DNA from: Bispira polyomma
Lineage: Eukaryota
Assembly: GCA_965649765.1 (NCBI GenBank)
Contig: OZ287750.1
Location: forward strand, 55,180,001 to 55,244,000
Direction: 5' to 3'
DNA length: 64,000 nucleotides
Positions 52,870 to 64,000 of this stretch are shown here, piece after piece (the first letter of the stretch is position 1; every line of letters begins with the position of its first letter). The notes under the pieces are model-generated. The model ran no database searches. It worked only from the letters and a program-made list of their open reading frames with translations, and had not been told where the DNA came from. The position numbers were made by a program, and so were the translations under genes.

Positions 52870-55800
52870 GCTATCCAGTATTTACTCTGGTTTGCCTAAC
52901 TGTTTGTATTATGGACAATGTTTAGATTAATTTAGTTAATTTGTCTGGGTCTGCATAAATTTGAGTATGAATAAACCTTTTTGTAAAGACACTTTGCATG
53001 ATTTGTTTTAAAAAAAAAAGATTAATAAACTGGAGACATTTTTCTAATAATTGCAGTTTGTAAACCACACCAGAATTGATCGTCTTACTTTTTCCTTAAC
53101 CAATGTAAAACTCTGAGACCCTTAGATCACACAATATCTCTATCAATGATTATTGTCTCCAATTACTAACAGTCTGGGATTGCAAAATATGAGAAAACCC
53201 CAGATTAAAACAACCTGACTTAAGCACTTTTAAGATCTTTGTATTTTTTATTCTACTTCAATCTGTTCTCCTGGGAGTAACAACCTCTGTTCTAACTGTG
53301 CCTAACAATCCTGGGGGTAACTGGGGCTTAGTGGTAAAGTCACAGAAGTAATGTTTAATGAAGACATATTTTTATTATCAGTGGAACCTTGTGACAGAGG
53401 AAAGGCCAGCATTTCTTTCAAACCGACAAGCAGAATCCACTGTAGTAAATCACATTCTGTTTTTATACCCAATTGTTTTATTGTTACCAGTCATTTCTGT
53501 CTCTGTTCTATAATCTGAAATATGTCTCTTTGTCCACTTTCTCAGTAGAGACATTGATGAAAATGTTTCTTTGTTCCTAATATTTGTACAGATGTTTTGT
53601 TTTTGCAGCAGTCACTTGTCATGGGCCACAAACAATACTAGTGTAGTCTAGTGAATAAATCTCTGCAACACATATTCACAGCTGTGTATGTATACATAAA
53701 AATATCTTTCCTATATGGCCATGTGACTCTGTGATGTCAGAAGTGTTTCTCAGACCTTATCATTATGCCATTACATAAAATGCTCCAATTTGTCTTTATA
53801 TTTTTGTTTATACCATAACCCATTATCTGTTATATATATCTATCCAGTTTCCTTATTTTAGTGTTTTGAAAACAGTAAGCTTCCCCGCTTGTCCACAGAT
53901 ATATGTATATTTTTATATTTACCGTGTCCATTACCAGGCCTAAGTAACATCCTCTACCTAATGTTTTTGTCTGCCACCATGTAGAGTTGTTCTCTGTATC
54001 ATCAGTTATAACAGTATTTACAACCTTCACCTGCCCACCCCCGCCTCCTCATCCCCCTCCTTTTATTATGCATGTCTATCGTGTAGCATGGAATCAATAA
54101 ATTGATGCAGCCTCCTGTCTCTTGTACAGCTCTGTGTGAAAAATGGTTTTTGATGTTGTTTTTTTTTGTTTAATTAAATTCCAGACAAATAAACAAAGGC
54201 AGTAACACCTGTAAATATGTAGGCTATATACCAAGTAACCAGTAGACTCACAGAAACAAAATTTTCACTATCCATATTTTAATTGTGGTTGTAAACCCAA
54301 CAAGGGCTAAAGTAGACATAAACTTTAAAGACTTAACTTTATTTAAGTTTGAGTTGTATCTAATTGATACTAAATAATTTCACTATTGCAGATTCCCTTG
54401 TATTCTCTAAATCTGGTGCCACACACAAAAAATAGCATTTGTGTATTTGTCATAGTTATAACATGTAGCATTTCTTATTGTTAGGTGAATTGGGAACATT
54501 TACAGTAACTATCTCTCATTTGACCAGCTCACAGCTTTCATTGTTCCTGACCAAAACTATATAAGAACAAGGTAAAAATCAGTCTGTTTATATCGATTCA
54601 GGGGCAGTATTCATAAAAGGTCTTAGTCTCAAATCTTTACTTTGTCTTAAGTGTAACATTTTGCCTAAAATATTGAAGACGGTCTACTGTTAGTTGGAAT
54701 TTATAACAGAAAAGTTAACACAAACCAAAGCTCTTCTAAAAGCAAGGGTTTCAAGTGAAGTTTTTTCCACAGTCTGAATCGGATTTTAGGAGAGCATTGA
54801 CTGCTAACATTAAACGTTTGTGGAAAAATGTATATACATACATGCATAATATAGAACTCACTCTCGTCTTTATTTGTACGCCTTAACAAAAACGTCCTAT
54901 CAAGGAGAAGAAAATGCCCGACAGTCAAGCTACAATACCAGCTGTGTCCCCACCGATACATCTTTACTGCGGCATGAGCTTTAATTTAATCCCATGACGT
55001 AAATTTGCTGTTTTCTGTGTATAAACCAAAAAAACTGACAAAAAAAAAATGTCTGGTATTTGTATTGAAATTGATTTAAATTTAGTAAAAAGTATAGGCA
55101 GAGTATGTAATATACATTTAAATGCAATGTGCAGTTAAAGTGCCTGCATAAGCACAGCTGTCGTGATGGCTTGTAATAAAAATGATATCATTTGTATATC
55201 ATGTCATATTGTAATATGACAGGTGGCACGATAATAAACTATCTTTCTCTCTATCCCTCGGAGAATCAAACATTAAGGAAAATACTAAATGTTGTATGTT
55301 CTTTACCGCTGTCTTTTTGTTGTTGCATTGTTTGTTGCTACCAGGGTTACACAAAAACTGCTCAACTGATTTACGTAAAATTTGGTAGAGGGAGATGAGC
55401 CATTAGCCTAGGCAGAATCCATCACATTTTCAAACCAATATGATTGGATACATGAATATTTTTTTTATTTGTTTGGCATTGCAGCATTTCGGCAGAGGTA
55501 TGCATTCTACTATGTGATCTAGGTCCGTCTAGTCCAGATCTTAAGCAAGATAATAGCACTACAAGGTGTTGTTAAGCCATTAGCTGGATTGTATTGTGTG
55601 TCATTTACATATTTAACATTAAGGAAGGACGACATATGTGTTATTAACTGTAGTAAATCTCTCTAAGTAGAAAATAGGGCTGTACTGAAATGGGTAGTTG
55701 TTATAAGAAAGGATTAGATGTTCAGATTAGCTAATGAGCAATCAATGGTAAGAAATGGCAGTATATGACAGATTATAGCCAGAAGCAATAACAATATAGG

Positions 55801-58800
55801 CAACCTAACCTAAATATATATTGTATGTCTGTGCATACATATATATATATATGTCCATATACATATGTATGTATGTTTTAACTATAACAAATAAAATGTA
55901 TAGTGAATATGGACCTGGTGGTAAGGACTGCCTGCTTTGTAATGACATGTATTTATGTAAATATTGATACAGCAGGTGACATCTAAATAGATTTATGTAT
56001 CTATGTAAAGACAAGTATTGGTGAGAAATACAGCTGAACTAATATGACCTGTGTTTTACTTGCGATTTAACATTTAAATACGATTCAAACCCTGCAGATC
56101 ACAATTGCATCGGGGTAGATATGTTAATTATACCACACATAGAATTGTTCAAGGCAGGTATTAGCCATTAGGCTCAGAATATTTTACTTGATTTTGAAAC
56201 TAGTTTTAAATATGTCTACATTTATTCTTACATAAGTAACTTTCCTGGCTAAGAGTACATTATACCTCAATGAAATATATACATATTTTAAATTAGTTCC
56301 AAGTCAATCCTATGGCCTTATTCTCGAAAGATCTCGAATTTAACTCAGACACAAGGTCAAATTTGAAGTCCCCACACATTTGGCTACAGTAAGATTAATG
56401 AACGTTTGACTGCATATTTGAATTCAGCACTGAAATGGTCACATGTATAAGTTTATTCCATATACACAGATTTCCTCACCACCTTCATGTGGGTTGAGTT
56501 TGAGTTTGTTTGGAGAATAGGGACCTAGGTTTTCTGTTAAATGTGAGCCTTAAACCAAAACCACGTAAGGCTATTAGAAGTCAAGTTTGCAGCAACGATT
56601 TCTCCATATCCCAGGACGTATTATTTCCTGAACAGAAGTGCAGACTTTCTCCCTTTGGCTATTGATATAATAATAAGAAGATAATTTTTTCAGAGCATAT
56701 ATTATGTTACTGAGGTATAATATCTGGCATACTAGAATACTCAAAAAGATTGTGTCACCATAGAGGGAAAACTAGAAACACGGAAAGCTAGCATATTTGT
56801 GTTGATCTCAATGTATTGAGAAACTTTTAACAAATGGCAATACATATTCATCGTGCCAAATGTAAATAATTTAAGACCATCAAAATATTGTGTACAGTAT
56901 TCTGAAATGGCTGAATATTTGTGTAATAATGAAAATATGTCCTCGACATGTTACTATTCATGTTAATACTGCCAGCCAAGCCATTATCAACAGTGCAGGA
57001 TATTATTACCACAGGCTACATATTTTATACTTTCCTGACATGGCATCACATTCAACTTGATGTCAATTTCTTCTGCTTCATCTATTTCTTACAAACAGCT
57101 TGACAATGTTTAGTGTTGCTATTTATTACTATCTAAAGAAATATTAAACATTTAGGGGTGGTGAAAATACATGGGTAGCATTGTGGTAATACCTATAGTA
57201 CCCAGGGAGACAGCACACCTTTCAGTGACTAAGTCAAATCTGGAGTCAGACTTTGGCTATCTTTCTTGTACACACAAAGATACATGATGATATTATTTTG
57301 ATATTATTGTGATGATGTTTTGACATTGGGGCAGTTCCATTGAGTTAATGGAGTCAGTAGACTAGTCTACCCATCAAGGAGATACAGCTGCCCTCCATCC
57401 TGAGTAAATGTGAGACCACTGCTTTGAATGTGATAGGCAGTACTTAGTTTGGCAAAAATGGACAGTGATCTGGGGTATGACAATTAGATGGGTTTGGGGG
57501 AAATAAATGTGGTGAGGCCTTGTGCAAGGTCATTTACAAGTTGATACTTGTACACAGCGATTACTTTTTTTAATCATTTGTACATAACATAAACTTGTTT
57601 ATCTGGAGCTTTAAGAGGGTAAGCTTTAGATAAAGTAGAAGCACTTGTGGTACCCCGTGGCCTAGTGCTTATGGAGTTGGTCTGATGATAAGAAAGTCCT
57701 GGGTTCTATTCCCTGTACGGCCACTAGTTTCATTAGTCGGATAACATCTTTGGCAAGGATGTGTACACACGTTTGCCTAGTGGCTCAGATGACCAATTAA
57801 AATGGTGGTCCTCTGTCACGTGGTCTTATCCCCAGTAGCAGGTTAAAGATCTTTGGGGACGTTGATACATGGTCATCACAGTTTCATTTCGAACTTGTCC
57901 CAAGCTACGTCTGGAGAGAGAAGTTTTGAGATATGAGGGAGGGGCGATGGGGTGATGCTTTCGTCACGTAACACTAGATCCTAGTGTGCAAGACGAATAT
58001 CCGAATGAGACCAGGCATTTACAGAATAAATTTTCATTGTCCTACCCCCCTAAAGTAACATCATTTGACATAACCTTGCACTGTGTGGACTGTGTGTATA
58101 TGTGCAGCCTTTATCTGCCCTTTTGTTATGCAAGATTACCTTTAAATATAAATGGTATGGTATACCTGTAACATATAAACTGTAGATATCAGCACTGAAA
58201 ATACGTCATTTGGACTGTCCTTTAAATCCAGTATGGAAATAAACTCAATGATTTAATCAACATTTCCTCAAGTTTCATCTAGCTGTTCCTAAATTATTTC
58301 CCGGCCCCTATGGTGTTCAAAATCCCATACCCTTAAGGAGTCACATATCATGACAGTAATACAGCATATGCCTTTAATGTGGGTTATTGTTGGGGGACAG
58401 TTCCAACTAATATATGACATATGTATTTGTTGGTACATGTATCTGTGTAGTATGTTCACACTTTACTTTGTACCTTAAAACTCAAGAACATCATAATGCC
58501 ATTTAAAGTCCCATCGTATGGTTGAATATATATTTCTCTGAAATAATATAAAAATTATAAAAGAGGACAAGAAGAAGATAATTTAGTAGGACATCTGTAA
58601 AAAGGTGCAGTTTTATAATTGTTAATATATTTAAAAAATATATGTGGCCCAAGCTAAAGTAAAATGGATGACAGTTAACAAACTCACAACTCACTGGTAG
58701 TCATAGTGATGTACTGTTACAACAGCTTATGCTTGAAATTATCTGTGCTTAAATTATTTGTTTTCAAAAATAACTATTACTTTGAAAATTCATGAAAATG

Positions 58801-58823
58801 GATATATTCACAAAGTTGAAGAT

Positions 58824-59073
58824 TTTGAATTTGAATTGGGATATTTAACGTCCACTCTAGTATCTGTTTGGGTTATATTGGGACGGGTAGTTGGAAACAC
58901 AGAAGGAAACATACAGTTGATTAAGATTCTGCCCTGAAACCAGCGGCCCACAGTAAGGAACTACTACCTTTCCTACATAGGTATCAACAGGAGTCAAACT
59001 CACGCCGCCCAGAGGTAAGAGACAAGTGATTGTGAAGCGCAATGCTTGCTAACCACTAGGCCACCGCGGCTCC
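58824..59073 (-). mobile_element. tRNA-derived SINE family 1 (present only in duplication copy 2)
   Basis: TSD AAAGTTGAAGAT. Empty site at ~50257-50268. Confidence 0.9.
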
Positions 59074-60942
59074 ACATAAAGTTGAAGATACTAACATTTC
59101 TTTAATTTTTTATTTTTTTAGGATCAACAATAATTTAGTGTTACAAATAGATGAGTACAATGTGTATCATTCACATATATTACCATCTGCTTTAAAAAGA
59201 TATGAAGGCTGTCACTTTACACTTCAGAGTTTTCAAAAAGCAAAATTGATGAAACACACTCTGAGTTGTAGATTAAACTTATATTATGTTCATCTGGGGT
59301 TCTGTCATTAGTGTCATAATGAGAGGATGAGGCACCGCTTAGTGGTTAATTTTGTTATTTATTAGGCAATCTACTCATCGCTGAATTGTATTTCGCACTT
59401 TTACACACCTTATTGATGTGAGCCAGTTTCAAAAGTGCAGCAACAGAATCAATTACCCAATCGAGACGTCCAAAAACATAGCCAGGTCGTAAGGAAGAAT
59501 GTGTGAGTTTAAAGGGGGGTACGCAAGTATAAAGAAATAGGGTTTTAGTTTTCTCCTAGGTAGGTTTTACAGAGGAAGTCTTTTTCCTCTCTCAAGGTTA
59601 ATGAAGGAAAGACAAGTAGCAAGGTAGGAAGGCTGATGTAATGCTGTTGGCTGAATAGAGAAGACACCTTGTCATCCGGTTGTATGTGGCCAACAGTTTT
59701 TGATCAGCAGTGCTTGGTTAGACAAGAGGAAAGAGTGATTAGAAGGCAGATCTGAGTCAGATCTGAGGCATGTCAAGTAGAAAAAATCCTGTAATGAAGA
59801 CATCAATTAATGTTTTAAAGAACCTTAAGATTATTTTGTATGTAGGAAATAGTTCTAACCAATCTGTCTCTTACAAACTACATCTAAAAAACACGAAAGT
59901 GGTATACATAAAATAACCTAATTTTATTTATTGGACTGGTTGTACTAAAAAGGGATACACTTTTATATCATCACTTGACACAGTTAAGATATTTTATATA
60001 CACCACTGTTGAGTAATAATGAAGCCTTATCTTTGGTATTAAATTATACTGAGAGTGATATATGATTATAATATATGTAAAAATATATTAACCCGTTGTT
60101 AAACCCCTAACCTCGTATTTGTAGCCTTAAGCTATTTTTCTTGGTTTTCCCACAAGTGTGTAGAAATCACTGCTTTACGAAAATATATAGTTATGTTGTT
60201 TGATGTTATATTACAGATTCCTTAGGTAAAGAGATAGATCATGTGGTGTATATATTAAGAAATCTGTTTGAGGTTTATGCACATTATATGTATTTTGTTT
60301 TAGGAAATTACCTATTGAAGTAACATACTTTTATATATAAAATATGTTAGTGTTTTGGGGGGGTTAAACAAATAGCTTACATGGTGTATGTATCAGGAAA
60401 CCTATTTCCGATAAATTTCCCTAATAACCAGTCTTGTTTCCATGGCAACTTTTTGAAGGCATCAGCTGTTGACTATTCTATACTGTATTCTATATTATAT
60501 TTCAACATGCTATATTGATGCGAGACTTATTTTAAAGCGTAACAAACAAACCAATCACATATCCTAAATTATAGCCTGGCTCATCATCAGTAGGCAATGC
60601 ATGTTCACATTGTGCCAAAGGATGTTATCCCACTAAGAAACGTTAGCAGGGCCTTACGATCACCAGACCAACTACCCAAGGTGGGGACCTTTTGATCTCC
60701 GGATCGACTCCCTAACTACCAGGCCATGGGAGACCACATGCTATACTAGTTTAGCTTTAAAATGACAACTTGTGAATTACAAAGACCAGGGAAATACTAC
60801 TCAGTAAATAAGTTAGTCAAAATAGAAAGGGAATATGAATTCAGTAAATGCCATCTAGTGCTATGTAATTTATACAGTTATTGGATGTACAAATAGATGA
60901 AGGAGTGTGGTGGGATGTATTGTCCCTAATTGAGAGACTTAC

Positions 60943-61012
60943 CTTGCCTGGAAAATCCACTATATTCATATTGCTTGTTACACCTCCTCCTGGAACTAAT
61001 TCCAGTTCCCAT
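60943..61012 (-). CDS. Alternative start exon D (MGTGISSRRRCNKQYEYSGFSRQ)
   Basis: 67/70 nt identical to exon C, CAAG|gtaagt donor, phase 1. Confidence 0.72.
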
Positions 61013-62911
61013 GCTATCCAGTATTTACTCTGCTTCGCCAAACTCTTTGTATTATGGACAATGTTTATATTAATTCAGTTAATTTGCCTGGGTCTGCATA
61101 AATTTGAGTATGAATAAACCTTTTTATAAACACATCTTGCATGATTTGTTCAGAAAACCAGATCTATCAACTGGAGACATTTTTCTAATAATTCCAGATT
61201 GTAAACCACAAGACAATTGATCTTTTACATTTATCTTAACCAATGTAACACTTTGAGACCCTTAGATCACACAATATCTCTATCAATCCTTATTGTCTCC
61301 AATTACTAACAGTCTGGGATTGCAAAATATGAGAAAAAACCCAAATGAAAACAACCTGACTTAAGCCCATTTAAGATCTTTGTATTTTTTTATTCTACTG
61401 CAAGCTGTTCTCCTGTGAGTAACAAACTCTGTTCTAACTGTGCCTAACAATCTTGGGTGTGACTGGGGCTTAGTGGTAAAGTCACAGAAGTAATTTTTAA
61501 TGAAGACACATTTTTATTATCAGTGGAACCTTGTGACAGAGGAAAGACCAGCATTTCTTCAACACCGACAAGCAGAATCCACTGTAGTGAATCACATTCT
61601 GTTTTTATACCCAATTGTTTTATTGTTACCAGTCATTTCTGTCTCTGTTCTATAATCTGAAATATGTCTCCTATTTCTCAGGATGTTTTCTTTTTTTCTA
61701 TTTTTTGTATAGATGTTTTCTTGCTGCAGTCACTTGTAATGGGCGAAAAACAATATTAGTGTAGTCCAGTGTATAAATCTCCACAACACATATTCACAGC
61801 TGTGTATATTATATACATATAAACATATATCCTATATGGCCATGTAACTCTGTGATGTCGAAAACCTTTTCAGACCTTATCACTATGTTATTATGCAAAA
61901 AAGTCCAATTATCTTGCACATCTTCTATTAATACCATAACTCATTATTTGTTATATATATCCAGTTTCCTTATTTTAGTGTTTTAAAAACACTAAGCTTC
62001 CCCTCTTGTTTACAGAAGATATATATTTAATGTGTCCATTACCAGGCCTAAGTAACATCCTCTACCTAATGTTTTTGTCTCCCACCATGTAGAGTTGTTC
62101 TCTGTATCATCAGTTATAACAGTATTTACAACCTTCACCTGCCCACACCCACCTCCTCATCCCCCTCCTTTTATTATGCATGTCTATTGTGTAGCATGGA
62201 ATCAATAAATTGATGCAGCCTCCTGTCTCTACTACAGCTCTGTGTAAAAAATGGTTTTTGATGTTGTTGTTTTTTTGTTTAATTAAATTCCGGACAAATA
62301 AACAAAGGTAGTAACACCTGTAAATATGGAGGCTATATACCAAGTAATTAGTAGACTCATTGAAACATAATTTTCACTACCCATATTTTAATTGGCATTG
62401 TGGTTGTAAACCCCAACAAGGGCTAAAGTAGACATAAACTTTAAAGACTAAACTTTATTTTAGTTTCAGTTGTGTCTAATTGACACTGAATAACTTCACT
62501 ATTGCAGATTCCCTTGTATTCTCTAAATCTGGTGCCACACACAAAAAATAGCATCTGTGTATTTGTCATAGTTATAATATGTAGCATTTCTTATTGTTAA
62601 GTGAATTGGGGACATTTACAGTAACTATCTCTCATTTGACCAGCTCACAGCTTTCGTTGTACCTGACAAATCTAGCTAAGAACACAGATCCTTTCCCTGG
62701 CGTGTACGAAATATGACATGCTACAGATATTATAAAAATAACCTCTGGCTATGTGTGTCCAAAAATCTCAGGCTTAGCTCAAACTTAGGGGCAAAGTTAA
62801 GGTCCACACATATTTCTTACTAAAATGTAAAAATTAGATAGCTATATGAAATTCAGCACTAAAAATCTCACTGAAAAGACAGGTTACAAATAAAGATAAT
62901 TTAGCCTGAGG

Positions 62912-63185
62912 TTCCTTTTAGCATGTTTTTCTTGGCCGATGTCTGATGTTGGTCGACATTGGCGGATTTTATCAGTCACTATTTGATATTAGGAACACCT
63001 TCCTGATTTTATCAGTCAGGGAGCGAAAAAATCAGGAGGTCTGTCCTATTTTTTAACAAATATTGAGAAAAAAAAATTATCTTATTTTATTTTTTTTTTA
63101 CGAAGAACATATTAGATGAAAGGAAGCTAATCGGCTAATGTCGCATCGGCTTGGATGTTAATAAATCGGCCGATGCTGAAAGGAA
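62912..63185. mobile_element. MITE (present only in duplication copy 2; related end at ~5938-5965)
   Basis: TIRs TTCCTTTTAGCAT ... ATGCTGAAAGGAA. Confidence 0.65.
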
Positions 63186-64000
63186 GCCCATGCTTACACA
63201 GATAGAATTTTATTTTGAGGGACAATATTGGCCGCTGACAATAAACATATATGGAAATATATATTTAAATGATGTTTTTTGTTTTACAAACATGCATATT
63301 TTCAAACTCACTCTGTTTGTGTGCCTTAACAAAAACTTCCTATCAAGGAAGAGAAGAAAATGGCAGACAGTCATGCCACAATACCAGCTGTGTCCCCACC
63401 CGTACATTTTTACTGCAACTTAAGTTTAAATTTTTCTCCTGGCGTAAATTTGCTGTTTTCTGTCTCTAAACCAAAACACTGACAATAACAAAACAAATCT
63501 GGTATTTGTATTGGAATTGATTTAAATTTAGTAAAAAGGATAGGCCAAGTATGTAAATTGCATTTAAATGTAAGTTGTAGTTAAAGTGCTTACATAAGCA
63601 CAGCTGTCGTGATGGCTTGTAATAAAAATGATATCATTTGTATATCATGTCATATTGTAATATGACAGGTGGCACGATAATAAACTACCTTTCTCTCTCT
63701 CCCTCAGAGAATCAAACATTAAGGCAGAATGCAGATGTTGTATGTTGTTTTACCAGTGTCTATGTTTTTAGGGCTTTGTTTGTTGCTGCCAGGGTTACAC
63801 AAAAAAATCCTTAACTGATATACATAAAATTGGATAGAGTTAGGGGTCATCAGACTAGAAAGGATCCATCACAATCGATACAGTTAGATCAAGCAATTTT
63901 TGGCACTGTGGCATGTTGGCATACTGTGTGATCTCCTAGGTCAGTCTGCTAAGTCCAAATATTGAGCAAGATAATAGTCCTACAAGATGTTTTCAAACCA

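Larger units (their letters stand above)
49385..55575. repeat. Segmental tandem duplication, copy 1 (contains exon C)
   Basis: Colinear with 57880-64000 across several kb, e.g. 50915-51300 vs 59470-59860, 52690-54550 vs 60830-62670, 54860-55575 vs 63305-63995. Boundaries are approximate. Confidence 0.9.
57880..64000. repeat. Segmental tandem duplication, copy 2 (contains exon D; runs off the window end)
   Basis: Direct-orientation paralogue of 49385-55575 at an offset of ~8.1-8.5 kb. Confidence 0.9.

Noticed and set aside
1589-59073. tRNA genes suggested by A/B boxes
   Set aside because: The boxes are heads of ~240-bp SINEs with TSDs and tails. I saw no complete cloverleaf.
60841-61041. Alternative reading frame of the cassettes (…WELELVPGGGVTSNMNIVDFPGK / MDIVDSPGK)
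   Set aside because: It ends in phase 0, incompatible with the phase-1 TIR acceptor. Its upstream part is interrupted by TAA in cassettes A and B, while the MG frame has better start context and a conserved motif.
54701-63407. Paired ORFs MYRWGHSWYC… (54701-54961) and MYGWGHSWYC… (63210-63407)
   Set aside because: Similarity is explained by the segmental duplication, and the frames diverge by indels before the shared GTGAGT. They could be non-coding exons but are not supported as CDS.

Overview
AT-rich, intron-containing animal genomic DNA (invertebrate-like; taxon not determinable from the sequence). It holds two convergent innate-immunity-type genes that I reconstructed by hand from splice sites and reading phases. 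(1) + strand, 3150-17418, 7 coding exons, 1134 aa: a kinase-less Roco protein with LRR-Roc-COR-FN3-CARD architecture. (2) - strand, 22355-38756, 8 constant coding exons: a TIR domain fused to a two-TM TMEM268-like module. The most striking observation is that gene 2 has no single start exon. Four paralogous 70-nt start-codon exons lie upstream in tandem (44857-44926, 48760-48829, 52800-52869, 60943-61012). Each encodes an MG-x-x-x-S myristoylation-type peptide and ends in a phase-1 GT donor that fits the TIR exon. One carries an in-frame stop, and two sit in a recent ~6 kb segmental duplication that runs off the window end. This resembles a variable-first-exon/constant-region locus. The rest is TE and repeat landscape: a 5'-truncated L2/CR1-type LINE with TSD, an older L2 relic, an L1/Tx1-like 3' fragment, 10 copies of one tRNA-derived SINE, other SINEs, several MITEs and minisatellites. 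All gene models are predictions without transcript evidence.
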